Source: Clostridia bacterium (GTDB lineage: Bacteria; Bacillota; Clostridia; Oscillospirales; CAG-272). From it: 64,000 nt of DNA. Below are positions 29,556 through 40,407 of this stretch, piece by piece (the stretch's first letter is position 1; each line of letters starts with the position of its first letter). Under the pieces are notes generated by a model. The model was not told the origin of the DNA, did not search any database, and worked only from the letters and a program-made list of their open reading frames with translations. The position numbers were made by a program, and so were the translations under genes. The stretch covers positions 707 through 64,706 of the forward strand of contig JAFVQC010000028.1 in the NCBI GenBank assembly GCA_017504995.1. The letters are read 5' to 3'.

Positions 29556-29616
29556 TTTTCTTTCCTCCTGCCCAAGGCACGTAAAATTCTTTCTCAATCT
29601 CTCCTTGCGGATTGAT

Positions 29617-29801
29617 TGAATAATATTCATTGATTTGTGTATATTATACACCTAAATCCCGTCGTTGTCAATAGCCCGTCGTAACAATAATTCCAAGCAT
29701 TTCAGCCATTTTTCCAGACATTCTGCACAACTTTGAATATTATTCACGATTTTATGCAATAAATCTTGCATTTTTATACAACCTTGCTCTGCATATATGC
29801 A
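29617..29801. promoter_or_regulatory. Cluster of ARG-box-like palindromes upstream of argG
   Basis: tgaataatattca, tgtatattataca, tgaatattattca, tgcatttttataca. Confidence 0.55.
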
Positions 29802-29817
29802 CAGCTATGAATTCGCG

Positions 29818-29852
29818 CGTATGGTCGCAGACAGATTGTCTGCGACCATACG
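29818..29852 (-). terminator. Long hairpin after ilvE
   Basis: cgtatggtcgcagaca-gat-tgtctgcgaccatacg. Confidence 0.65.
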
Positions 29853-29865
29853 AAAGATTTTGAAA

Positions 29866-30936
29866 TCAGTCTACGGAAACCGTCCAACCGAAGGTATCCT
29901 CTACTCTTCCCCACTGAATGCCCGTCAGGGTATCGTAAAGCTTCTGCGCGACCTCTCCGATCTCACCGCCGTTGATCTCCATCTTCATATCCTCGGTATC
30001 CAGCAAGCCCATGGGGGAAACCACAGCCGCCGTACCCGTACCGAACGCCTCGTTCAGCGTTCCGTTCTTGTAAGCGTCGATCACCTCGGCGAGCGCAAGC
30101 TTCCTCTCCTCTACGGTATAGCCAAAGCTCCGCAGCAGCTGAATACAGGAAGCGCGGGTCACACCGGGCAGAATATTTCCTTCCTCCAGCGCGGGCGTGA
30201 CCACCTTACCGTCGATGACGAAGAACACGTTCATCGCGCCGACCTCATCAATGTATTTATGCTCGATTCCGTCCAGCCAAAGCACCTGAGAATATCCCAT
30301 CTGCTCCGCCTTCTGCTGACCGATCAGGGAGCAGGCGTAGTTTCCGCCCACCTTGGCAAAGCCCGTGCCGCCCTTTACTGCTCTGACGTATTCTCTTTCC
30401 ACGAAGATCTTCACAGGCTTGATTCCCTCGGGATAGTAAGAGCCAACGGGGCTGAGAATGATCATAAACTTATAGCTCTTAGAGGGATGTACGCCGAGTT
30501 GAACGTCGGTAGCGATGATAAAGGGACGAATGTACAGCGACGTTCCCTCCTTCACAGGTACCCATTCCTTCTCCACCGAAACCAGAGCCTTGAGGGCATC
30601 CAGTACGTCATCGGGATTCAGATGAGGAATACACAAACGGGTATTGGTGTTGTTCATACGCTCAATGTTCTTGTCGGGGCGGAACAGCTGAACCGATCCG
30701 TCGGGCTTGCGATACGCCTTCAGACCCTCAAACATCTCCTGCGCGTAATGGAATACCATGCAGGCAGGATCAAGAGAAAGGTTCTGATACGGAACGATCC
30801 GCGCGTCGTGCCAGCCCTGACCCTCGTGATAGTCCATGATAAACATATGATCGGTAAAATATTTTCCAAAGCCGAGATGATCCCAATCGGGTTTTGCCTT
30901 TCTCTCGGTCACCAATTCGTACTTGATTTGAAGCAT
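29866..30936 (-). CDS. ilvE: Branched-chain amino acid aminotransferase
   Basis: FGKYFTDHM, HYAQEMFEGLKAY, LYIRPF, KVGGNYA, ILPGVTR, GTAAV. Confidence 0.95.
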   Translation of the reverse strand: MLQIKYELVTERKAKPDWDHLGFGKYFTDHMFIMDYHEGQGWHDARIVPYQNLSLDPACMVFHYAQEMFEGLKAYRKPDGSVQLFRPDKNIERMNNTNTRLCIPHLNPDDVLDALKALVSVEKEWVPVKEGTSLYIRPFIIATDVQLGVHPSKSYKFMIILSPVGSYYPEGIKPVKIFVEREYVRAVKGGTGFAKVGGNYACSLIGQQKAEQMGYSQVLWLDGIEHKYIDEVGAMNVFFVIDGKVVTPALEEGNILPGVTRASCIQLLRSFGYTVEERKLALAEVIDAYKNGTLNEAFGTGTAAVVSPMGLLDTEDMKMEINGGEIGEVAQKLYDTLTGIQWGRVEDTFGWTVSVD

Positions 30937-30950
30937 CTTTTTCTCCTTCC

Positions 30951-32021
30951 TTACAGACGGGCAGCCACAGCCGCGCCCATCTCCTTACAACCAACCTTCT
31001 TGAAGCCTTCCTTCCAGATGTCTGCCGTGCGGTATCCATCGTCCAAGGTTCGGTTCACCGCCGCCTCAATGGCGTCCGCTTCCTCCGTCATGTCAAAGGA
31101 ATAACGGAGCATCATTGCCGCGGACAGGATCGTTCCGATAGGGTTCGCCAAATCCATTCCCGCGATATCGGGCGCAGAACCGTGAATCGGCTCATACATA
31201 CCCAGCGTCGTAGAGGAAAGACTTGCCGAGGGCATCATACCGATGGACCCCGTCAACATGCTTGCCTCGTCGGACAGAATATCGCCAAACATGTTCTCGG
31301 TGACGATCACGTCAAACTGCGAGGGATTCTTAATGAGCTGCATCGCGGTGTTGTCCACCAGAATATCGGAATATTCCACGTCGGTGTATTCCTCGGAAAG
31401 GCGGTGCATCACAGCTCTCCAAAGGCGAGAGGAATCCAGCACGTTCGCCTTATCCACAGACGCGAGCCGCTTGCCTCTCTTGCGGGCGCTCTCAAACGCC
31501 ACCCGTCCGATTCGCTCCACCTCGTGCTCGCTATAGGTCATCTCGTCGGTGGCAACCTTTTCGCCGCCCACGACCTCGGTTCTTCTCTTCCCGAAATAAA
31601 TACCGCCCGTCAGCTCGCGAACGATCATCAGATCGATGCCGTCTCCCACGATGCTATCCTTGAGGGGAGAAGCGTCAGCCAACTGTGAAAACAGCTTGGT
31701 AGGACGAAGATTGGCGAAGAGTCCAAGCTCCTTGCGCACGGCAAGCAACGCCTTTTCGGGTCGAATAGAGGGATCGACACCGTCCCACTTCGGACCGCCC
31801 ACAGCCCCCAGAAGCACGCTGTCGGAAGCCTTACATTTTGCCATACCCTCCTCGGTGATCGGCACGCCGTGCTTGTCAATGCTACAGCCACCGATATCCA
31901 CCTCGGTATAAACAAATGTATGACCGTATTTTTTTGCCACCTCGTTCAAAACCAGAATGGCTTGCTCCACGATCTCGGGACCGATTCCGTCCCCTCTCAA
32001 AACCGTAATATTCTTTTTCAT
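30951..32021 (-). CDS. leuB: 3-isopropylmalate dehydrogenase
   Basis: [41 protein letters not shown]. Confidence 0.96.
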   Translation of the reverse strand: MKKNITVLRGDGIGPEIVEQAILVLNEVAKKYGHTFVYTEVDIGGCSIDKHGVPITEEGMAKCKASDSVLLGAVGGPKWDGVDPSIRPEKALLAVRKELGLFANLRPTKLFSQLADASPLKDSIVGDGIDLMIVRELTGGIYFGKRRTEVVGGEKVATDEMTYSEHEVERIGRVAFESARKRGKRLASVDKANVLDSSRLWRAVMHRLSEEYTDVEYSDILVDNTAMQLIKNPSQFDVIVTENMFGDILSDEASMLTGSIGMMPSASLSSTTLGMYEPIHGSAPDIAGMDLANPIGTILSAAMMLRYSFDMTEEADAIEAAVNRTLDDGYRTADIWKEGFKKVGCKEMGAAVAARL

Positions 32022-32025
32022 GCTC

Positions 32026-32511
32026 TCACCGCTTTCCAATGGAATTCATGAGTCCGTCTGCCCGAATGATATCCTTGATAAACTCGGGAAACGGCTCTGC
32101 CTGATAGGTCTCGTTTTTCGTCAGATTGGTGATCACACCCGTGTCAAAATCCACCGAGACCTCGTCGCCGTTCTCAATACGCTCGCTTGCCTCGGGACAC
32201 TCCAGAATGGCAAGTCCGATGTTGATGGCATTGCGGAAAAAGATTCTCGCAAAGGTCTTTGCGATCACGCAGGAGATTCCCGAATGCTTGATGGCAATGG
32301 GCGCGTGCTCACGGGACGAGCCGCAACCGAAGTTTGCGCCGCCTACCATGATATCTCCCGCCTTGACCTTCTTCGTAAAGTCAGCGTCGATATCCTCCAT
32401 GCAATGAGAGGCAAGCTCCTTGTGGTCTGCCGTGTTCAGATATCTTGCGGGGATAATCACGTCGGTATCCACGTTGTCATCGTATTTATGTATCCGTCCG
32501 TTTACGTTCAT
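32026..32511 (-). CDS. leuD: 3-isopropylmalate dehydratase small subunit
   Basis: [23 protein letters not shown]. Confidence 0.95.
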   Translation of the reverse strand: MNVNGRIHKYDDNVDTDVIIPARYLNTADHKELASHCMEDIDADFTKKVKAGDIMVGGANFGCGSSREHAPIAIKHSGISCVIAKTFARIFFRNAINIGLAILECPEASERIENGDEVSVDFDTGVITNLTKNETYQAEPFPEFIKDIIRADGLMNSIGKR

Positions 32512-32524
32512 GTTCTGTTCCCCC

Positions 32525-33787
32525 TTATTTCAAATCTCTCGGATCGCAGATCTTGCCCACGATCGCCGTTGCCGCCGCCACCTCGGGGCTGGCAAGATAG
32601 ATCTTCGACGTAATATGTCCCATTCTGCCAACGAAATTTCGGTTGGTAGTCGCCACCGCGATCTCATCCTCGGCAAGAATTCCCATGTAACCGCCAAGAC
32701 AAGGTCCGCAGGTCGGAGTGGAGACCACACAGCCCGCGTCGATAAAGGTATCGATATAGCCGCGCTTGATGCACTCCTTGTAGATGGTCTGGGTTGCGGG
32801 GATCACGATACAGCGCACGCCCTTGGCAATATGCTTGCCCTGCATGATCTCTGCCGCCGCCTTCATATCGGACAGCCGTCCGTTGGTACAAGAGCCGATC
32901 ACCACCTGATCGGGAACGATCTCGGAAAGCTCTCTTGCCATCTTGGTGTTTTCGGGCAGATGGGGGCACGCCACCGTAGGCTCGATTGCCGAAAGATCGA
33001 TCACGTATTCCTCGTCGTATTCCGCGTCCTCGTCGGCGGAGTAAACGGTAAAGGGACGGTTGACCCGATCCTTGACGTAGTCAAGCGTTACCTGATCTAC
33101 CTCAAAAATGCCGTTTTTCGCGCCTGCCTCGATCGCCATATTCGCCATACACAGACGGTCGTCCATGGAGAGAGATGCCAAGCCCTCGCCCGAGAACTCC
33201 ATAGAACGGTAAAGCGCGCCGTCCACACCGATCATACCGATGATGTGAAGGATCACGTCCTTACCCGAAACCATGGGATTGAGCTTGCCCACAAGACGGA
33301 AGCGAATGGCAGAAGGAACCTTGAACCAAGCCTTGCCCGTCGCCATACCCGCCGCCATATCGGTGCTTCCCACACCCGTGGAGAACGCGCCAAGTGCGCC
33401 GTAGGTACAGGTATGAGAATCCGCGCCGATGATACACTCACCGGGGCCTACCAAGCCCTTTTCGGGCAGAAGCGCGTGCTCGATTCCCATATCGCCTACG
33501 TCATAATAGTTGGTAATGGAGAAGCACTTCGCAAAGGTGCGGCATTGCTTGCACTGCTGCGCCGCCTTGATGTCCTTATTGGGCACGAAGTGATCCATGA
33601 CCAAAGAAATTTTATCCTTGTCAAACACGCTGTCAAAGCCGTTTTTGTAGAACTCGTTGATAGCAACGGGAGAGGTAATGTCGTTTCCCAATACCATATC
33701 CAGATTTGCCATGATCAACTGTCCCGCCTTTACCGATTCCAGCCCCGCGTGCGCCGCCAGAATCTTCTGCGTCATTGTCATTCCCAT
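32525..33787 (-). CDS. leuC: 3-isopropylmalate dehydratase large subunit
   Basis: [31 protein letters not shown]. Confidence 0.95.
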   Translation of the reverse strand: MGMTMTQKILAAHAGLESVKAGQLIMANLDMVLGNDITSPVAINEFYKNGFDSVFDKDKISLVMDHFVPNKDIKAAQQCKQCRTFAKCFSITNYYDVGDMGIEHALLPEKGLVGPGECIIGADSHTCTYGALGAFSTGVGSTDMAAGMATGKAWFKVPSAIRFRLVGKLNPMVSGKDVILHIIGMIGVDGALYRSMEFSGEGLASLSMDDRLCMANMAIEAGAKNGIFEVDQVTLDYVKDRVNRPFTVYSADEDAEYDEEYVIDLSAIEPTVACPHLPENTKMARELSEIVPDQVVIGSCTNGRLSDMKAAAEIMQGKHIAKGVRCIVIPATQTIYKECIKRGYIDTFIDAGCVVSTPTCGPCLGGYMGILAEDEIAVATTNRNFVGRMGHITSKIYLASPEVAAATAIVGKICDPRDLK

Positions 33788-33822
33788 AATGATTTCCTCT
33801 TTCTATCGATGGATTGTTCCGT

Positions 33823-35490
33823 TCACTCGGCAGACAGCTTGCGGTTGATCGCCGAGATCAGCGCGCAGATGGATGCCGTAATAATATCGTCGTTCACGCC
33901 CGCGCCCCAAGAGACCTTGCCGTCCTTGAAGGTAATGCTGACGTAGGTAACCGCCTCGGAGGTGGACTCCTTGGAGAGCGCGTGCTCGGTATAGGTCAGA
34001 TTGGAATACTCAATGCCAAGATGCTGCTTGATGGCGTTGCTGACCGCGTCCAAGCGTCCGTTTCCTTCCGCGGAAATGTCTCTCGTCTCGCCGTTCTGTG
34101 AGATCGTCACGATCGCCTTCATGGCGTCGGGCTTGCGGATAAAGTGATAATCCTCAAGCGCAATGGGCGTGTTGATGTTGACGTATTCCTTCTTGAAGAT
34201 ATCCAGCACCTCTGCGGGAGAAAGCTCCTTGTGAGAATGATCCGAATAGCTCTTGACGGTGTATCCCACGTCCTCCCGCATCTTGGGGGGAAGCACGTAG
34301 CCGTAGTTGTGCTCCAACAGATAGCCGATTCCGCCCTTGCCCGACTGGGAGTTGATCCGAATCACGTCGGTCTCGTATTCCCTTCCCACGTCCTTGGGAT
34401 CGATGGGCAAATAGGGTACGGTCCAGTAGCGGCAGGTGTGATCCTCACGCCACTTCATGCCCTTTGCAATCGCGTCCTGATGGGAGCCAGAGAACGCCGC
34501 AAACACAAGCTTGCCCGCATAAGGCGTGCGGTCGTAGACCTGCATTCTCGTCACACGCTCGTAAAGCTCGGTGATGGCGGGCAGATCGGAAAGATCCAGC
34601 TTGGGGTCCACACCCTGGGCGTACATATTCAACGCCATAGTAATGATATCCACGTTACCCGTTCTCTCGCCGTTTCCGAAGAGCGTGCCCTCGATTCGGT
34701 CACCGCCCGCAAGCAGCCCCATCTCGGCGTCCGCCACCGCGCAGCCGCGGTCGTTGTGCGGATGGAGCGAAATGATGACGTTCTCGCGGTATTTGAGATT
34801 GTCGTTCATATATTCTACCTGATTGGCATAAACGTGAGGCATGGAAACCTGTACGGTTACGGGCAGATTGATGATCACAGGACGCTCACGGGTGGGCTTC
34901 CACACGTCAAGCACCGCGTTGGAGATTTCCAGCGCAAACTCGGGTTCTGTTCCCGTAAAGGACTCGGGAGAATATTCGTAACGGTAGTTGACGCCCATTT
35001 CCTCGCTGTAGCGGTTAAACAGCTTCGCGCCCTTCACCGCAATATCGATGATCTCCTGCTTGGATTTCTTGAACACCTGCTCTCTCTGCGCCACGGAGGT
35101 GGAGTTATACAGATGCACGATGGCATTCTTGACACCCTTCAGACTCTCAAAGGTCTTTTTGATGATATGCTCTCTGGACTGGGTCAGCACCTGAACCGTC
35201 ACGTCGTCGGGAATGAGATTTTCCTCGATCAGCGTACGCAGGAACTGATATTCGGTCTCGGAAGCGGCAGGAAAGCCTACCTCAATTTCCTTAAAGCCGA
35301 TCTTCACCAACAGCTGAAAGAAATCCAGCTTCTCCTCCAGACTCATGGGAATGATCAGAGACTGGTTTCCGTCTCTGAGGTCAACCGAGCACCAGATCGG
35401 AGGCGCGCTAATATAATTTTTCTTCGCCCATCTCGCTTCCGCGTTGGGCGCGGGAAAATACTGTCTTGTATATTTGGTCGCGTTTTCCAT
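33823..35490 (-). CDS. leuA: 2-isopropylmalate synthase (yeast/actinobacterial-type)
   Basis: PPIWCSVDLRDGNQ, HPHNDRG, GNGERTGN, SGSHQDAI. Confidence 0.95.
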   Translation of the reverse strand: MENATKYTRQYFPAPNAEARWAKKNYISAPPIWCSVDLRDGNQSLIIPMSLEEKLDFFQLLVKIGFKEIEVGFPAASETEYQFLRTLIEENLIPDDVTVQVLTQSREHIIKKTFESLKGVKNAIVHLYNSTSVAQREQVFKKSKQEIIDIAVKGAKLFNRYSEEMGVNYRYEYSPESFTGTEPEFALEISNAVLDVWKPTRERPVIINLPVTVQVSMPHVYANQVEYMNDNLKYRENVIISLHPHNDRGCAVADAEMGLLAGGDRIEGTLFGNGERTGNVDIITMALNMYAQGVDPKLDLSDLPAITELYERVTRMQVYDRTPYAGKLVFAAFSGSHQDAIAKGMKWREDHTCRYWTVPYLPIDPKDVGREYETDVIRINSQSGKGGIGYLLEHNYGYVLPPKMREDVGYTVKSYSDHSHKELSPAEVLDIFKKEYVNINTPIALEDYHFIRKPDAMKAIVTISQNGETRDISAEGNGRLDAVSNAIKQHLGIEYSNLTYTEHALSKESTSEAVTYVSITFKDGKVSWGAGVNDDIITASICALISAINRKLSAE

Positions 35491-35522
35491 AATTCCGTTC
35501 TGTATTCCTTTCCGACTGTTGC

Positions 35523-37187
35523 TTATTTCATGATCGCGCCCTGATCCGCGCCGCTGACAAGGCGAGCGTATCTGGCAAGCCAACCCGATTTCACGTTTGG
35601 CTCGGGAGCAACGTGCGCCGCGCGGCGCTCTGCCAAGATCTCGTCGCTGACCTTCACGTTGATGGATGCAGCGGGAATATCGATCTCAATGATATCTCCC
35701 TCTTCGATCAGGGCAATGTTGCCGCCGTCCGCCGCCTCGGGGCTTACGTGTCCGATGGATGCGCCTCGGCTTGCGCCCGAGAACCGTCCGTCGGTGATCA
35801 GCGCAACGGTTTTATCCAGCTTCATACCCGCAAGGGCGCTTGTGGGATTGAGCATTTCTCTCATACCGGGTCCGCCCTTGGGTCCCTCGTAACGGATCAC
35901 CACCACGTCGCCGTCCACGATCTTGCCTGCGTAAATAGCGGCGATCGCCTGCTCCTCGGAATTAAATACCCGCGCAGGACCGCTGTGACAAAGCATTTCG
36001 GGCGCAACCGCGCTCCGCTTGACCACGCATCCGTTCTGCGCGATATTCCCCCAAAGGATCTGAATACCGCCCGTCGCGCTGTACGGATCGTCAATGGGAC
36101 GAATGGATCTCGTATCCTTGATATACGCGCCCTTTACGTTTTCTCCCACGCTCTTTCCAGTAACCGTGAGCACGTCCGCGTCAAGCAAGCCCTTCTTTAG
36201 CAGCTCTGCCTGAACCGCGGGGATTCCGCCAGCCGCATCCAAGTCCTGCATATGGGTTGCACCCGCAGGAGCAAGGTGACAGAGATTGGGTACGCGCTCG
36301 CTCATTTCATTAAAGAGCTTCAGATCCAACGGTACGCCTGCCTCGTTGGCAATCGCCAACAGATGGAGTACGCTGTTTGAGCTACAGCCCAGCGCCATAT
36401 CGCACGCCAAAGCGTTTTTGATGGAACGCTCGTTGATGATATCTCTCGCGCATACGTTGTTGCGAACCAGCTCCATGATCGCCATGCCCGCGTGCTTTGC
36501 GAGAATGGTTCTCTTGTTGCTCACGGCAGGGATCGTTCCGTTGCCGGGAAGCGCAATGCCGATGGCTTCGCACAGACAGTTCATGCTGTTCGCGGTATAC
36601 ATACCAGCGCAGCTGCCGCAACCGGGACAAGCTCCCGTTTCACACTCCTGAAGCTGACAGTCGTTGATCATGCCCGCCTTATACGCACCAACCGCTTCAA
36701 ACATTTTAGAAAGACTGACCTCTTCCCCATTATACGTTCCCGCCAGCATCGGTCCGCCGCTACAAACGATCGCGGGCACGTTCATACGAACCGCCGCCAT
36801 CACCATACCCGGAACGATCTTGTCGCAGTTGGGAATGAGCACCAAGCCGTCCAGCTGATGCGCCATGGTCATGGTCTCCACGCTGTCGCAGATCAGCTCG
36901 CGGCTGGCAAGAGAATATTTCATTCCGATGTGACCCATAGCGATTCCGTCGCACACACCGATGGCTGGGATCAGAATCGGCGTACCGCCTGCCATGCGAA
37001 TACCCGCCTTCACAGCATCGGCGATCTTGTCCAGATGGAAGTGACCGGGAACGATCTCGCTATGAGCGCTGACCACACCGATCAGGGGACGCTCCAGCTC
37101 CTCCTTGGTGTAACCCATGGCGTAAAACAAGCTTCTGTTCGGCGCGCGCTCCGCGCCCTTTGTTACGTTATCGGAACGAAGTGACAT
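35523..37187 (-). CDS. ilvD: Dihydroxy-acid dehydratase
   Basis: [35 protein letters not shown]. Confidence 0.96.
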   Translation of the reverse strand: MSLRSDNVTKGAERAPNRSLFYAMGYTKEELERPLIGVVSAHSEIVPGHFHLDKIADAVKAGIRMAGGTPILIPAIGVCDGIAMGHIGMKYSLASRELICDSVETMTMAHQLDGLVLIPNCDKIVPGMVMAAVRMNVPAIVCSGGPMLAGTYNGEEVSLSKMFEAVGAYKAGMINDCQLQECETGACPGCGSCAGMYTANSMNCLCEAIGIALPGNGTIPAVSNKRTILAKHAGMAIMELVRNNVCARDIINERSIKNALACDMALGCSSNSVLHLLAIANEAGVPLDLKLFNEMSERVPNLCHLAPAGATHMQDLDAAGGIPAVQAELLKKGLLDADVLTVTGKSVGENVKGAYIKDTRSIRPIDDPYSATGGIQILWGNIAQNGCVVKRSAVAPEMLCHSGPARVFNSEEQAIAAIYAGKIVDGDVVVIRYEGPKGGPGMREMLNPTSALAGMKLDKTVALITDGRFSGASRGASIGHVSPEAADGGNIALIEEGDIIEIDIPAASINVKVSDEILAERRAAHVAPEPNVKSGWLARYARLVSGADQGAIMK

Positions 37188-37211
37188 AATTTTTCTCCTA
37201 AAATAATGATT

Positions 37212-37829
37212 TTATCTTTTTTTCACAATGTCCACAATTCTGACGATTGCGGGCGTAAGAATAATATTGATCAAAAACTCAACAAGGAAATTCAATCCGG
37301 CAAGACCCAACAGTATGTAAGTGATTACACCTGTTCCACCCGCCCAAGCATACAGCGTATCCTTAAAGAATAACAGCATACCGCATACGAACAGACCCGT
37401 ATTGATAACGGGCGCGGAAAGCGCGGCAACCATTGCGCCAGCGTATTTTCTGCCGTTCGTTACCGTTGCCTCTTTCCCTCTGACCAGTCCGTAAAAGATC
37501 GCGGGGAAAAAGCCTGCCGCAATTCCTTTGACAAGACAGATCAATGCCGTACAAAAAGGATTGACTCCCCACAAAATGTTTCCACCCGGATCGAGTGCCG
37601 TGATACAGTTGATCATCACGATCAAACCGAAAGCAAATCCAAGGACAGCTCCGCCCTTTTTGCCAAACAGAATGGCTCCGACCACAACGGGAACCAAGGT
37701 CAGGGTAATGGATACCATGCCGCCGATGGGAGGGATCATGGCGCTGACGATCTGAAGCACGACCACAAGCGCGATCAGCATGGAAATCTCAACCATGCGA
37801 AGAATACTCTGATTTTGATTTCTTTTCAT
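37212..37829 (-). CDS. ECF transporter S component, PanT-like (pantothenate)
   Basis: Multi-TM protein, PVVVGAILFG..GGAVLG, NTGLF, NFLVE; adjacent to coaX. Confidence 0.75.
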   Translation of the reverse strand: MKRNQNQSILRMVEISMLIALVVVLQIVSAMIPPIGGMVSITLTLVPVVVGAILFGKKGGAVLGFAFGLIVMINCITALDPGGNILWGVNPFCTALICLVKGIAAGFFPAIFYGLVRGKEATVTNGRKYAGAMVAALSAPVINTGLFVCGMLLFFKDTLYAWAGGTGVITYILLGLAGLNFLVEFLINIILTPAIVRIVDIVKKR

Positions 37830-37885
37830 CTCGCCACCTCCAAGGTCATCCGTACAGCCCTCTGTGCTGTCTCAAAAAAAATATT

Positions 37886-37951
37886 GGTGAACATAACCGT
37901 TCCTTTCTTCGGGACTTTCACCCGATGCTGCCGTCCGACAAACGGTACGGC
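37886..37951 (-). ncRNA. Candidate cis-regulatory structured RNA in the panT-like 5' UTR
   Basis: GCCGU-A-CCG/CGG-ACGGC stem, UCGGG-UGAAAGU-CCCGA hairpin, ACCGUU/AACGGU alternative pairing; TGnTATAAT just upstream. Confidence 0.5.
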
Positions 37952-37982
37952 GCGTAAAATTATAACAACGGCAAAGCCGATA

Positions 37983-38780
37983 TTATTCCACAGTGTTTTG
38001 ATAAAGGAAATACAGTCCCTTCAAGGTCAGATCCCCGTCATACGAAAATCGGTATCTGCACCCTTCCTTTACGGCGTTTGCATATTCTCCCGTTACAAAC
38101 AGAGCAAGCTCCTCTGCCTTGATCTTCATTTCCTTGGCGATCCGTCCCACGAATCCGTCCAACGCCATTGCCGTTCCAAGAATAACACCCGAACGAACCG
38201 CGTCCTGAGAATTTTTTCCCAACACCTTCGTCGGGGCGGACAGCATCACGTTCGGAAGCTGTGCGGTCTCGCCGTGAAGCAGATCCAAGGAGGTCCGAAC
38301 CCCCGCAAAGATCGCGCACCCGATATACTCTCCCGACCGACTCACCGCGGAAACCGTCGTCACCGTTCCCACGTCCGCAATCACGGCAGGAACTTGACGC
38401 CTTCCTTCTTCCTTCAAGATATGCAACACCGCGGCTGTGTTGGCAACCATATCTCCCCCCAATTCCGAGGGAGAATCGATCTTAATGGGAAAGCCCGTTT
38501 TCACACCGGGACCCACAAGTAGCGGTTCTTTTCCCGAAAAGACGCGCAAGGCATCGCAAACCGTCTCGGTCAACTGAGGCACGACGGAGGAAAGGATCAC
38601 TCCACTCGCCGATTGATCGGCAAGCATCTCACTCCCAAGCGCCCGAATCAGAACGAGGTATTCGTCGGAGGTCTTGTTGATATCAGTAGATATCTGAAAT
38701 TTCAGGCGCAGATCCTCTGCGCTCTCACCGAAAAAACCGAAAGAAATTCTGGAATTTCCGATATTTACCGCCATCAACAT
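37983..38780 (-). CDS. coaX: Type III pantothenate kinase
   Basis: NIGNS, SSVVP, ELGGD, DVGTVTT, LHGETAQLP, DLTLKGL; several motifs diverged. Confidence 0.85.
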   Translation of the reverse strand: MLMAVNIGNSRISFGFFGESAEDLRLKFQISTDINKTSDEYLVLIRALGSEMLADQSASGVILSSVVPQLTETVCDALRVFSGKEPLLVGPGVKTGFPIKIDSPSELGGDMVANTAAVLHILKEEGRRQVPAVIADVGTVTTVSAVSRSGEYIGCAIFAGVRTSLDLLHGETAQLPNVMLSAPTKVLGKNSQDAVRSGVILGTAMALDGFVGRIAKEMKIKAEELALFVTGEYANAVKEGCRYRFSYDGDLTLKGLYFLYQNTVE

Positions 38781-38802
38781 AAAAGCACCCTCCTCTTTTA
38801 TT

Positions 38803-38834
38803 TGGAATTGTGGAGCAAACGCTCCACAATTCCA
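38803..38834. other. 14-bp-stem hairpin between ilvC and coaX
   Basis: tggaattgtggagc-aaac-gctccacaattcca; no U tract after it on the coding strand. Confidence 0.6.
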
Positions 38835-38844
38835 TAAAAAGCAA

Positions 38845-39894
<1,050 letters not shown>

Positions 39895-40395
39895 TTAACC
39901 GTTGATATCATAGGCAACGATGCCCTTTTCCATCGCGATCGCGCCCGAACGGCACATCTCGATCTGCTCAAATCCTTTCGTCGCCTCCAGAAAATCGTCG
40001 ATCTTCTGGCTGGAGGCGGAAAGCTCCACAACGAAGCAACCGTTCGTTACGTCGATAATACCCGCATCAAAGTCCTCGATAATTCCCTTCAGGGCTTCCG
40101 CATCGTCACGCTTGGCAGAGAACTTCACCAAAAGAAGCTCGCGAATGAGACTAAAGGACGGCTCGACGGAAAAGATCATTTTCGTCTCGATCAGCTTTGC
40201 CGTCTGCTTGAGGATCTGACTGAAATTTTTCTGATCTCCCGTGGTCATCACCGTAATACGGGAAATTTTGGGATTTTCCGTAGAAGAAACGGTCAGCGAA
40301 TCGATATTAAATCCCCGTTGCATAAACAGCGAAGAAACTCTCGCCAACACACCCGCATTATTTTCAACGAGGATCACCATGCATTGCTTTTTCAT
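39895..40395 (-). CDS. ilvN: Acetolactate synthase small subunit
   Basis: LVENNAGVLARV...RGFNIDSL ACT domain. Confidence 0.93.
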   Translation of the reverse strand: MKKQCMVILVENNAGVLARVSSLFMQRGFNIDSLTVSSTENPKISRITVMTTGDQKNFSQILKQTAKLIETKMIFSVEPSFSLIRELLLVKFSAKRDDAEALKGIIEDFDAGIIDVTNGCFVVELSASSQKIDDFLEATKGFEQIEMCRSGAIAMEKGIVAYDING

Positions 40396-40407
40396 CTCTT
40401 TTCCTCC

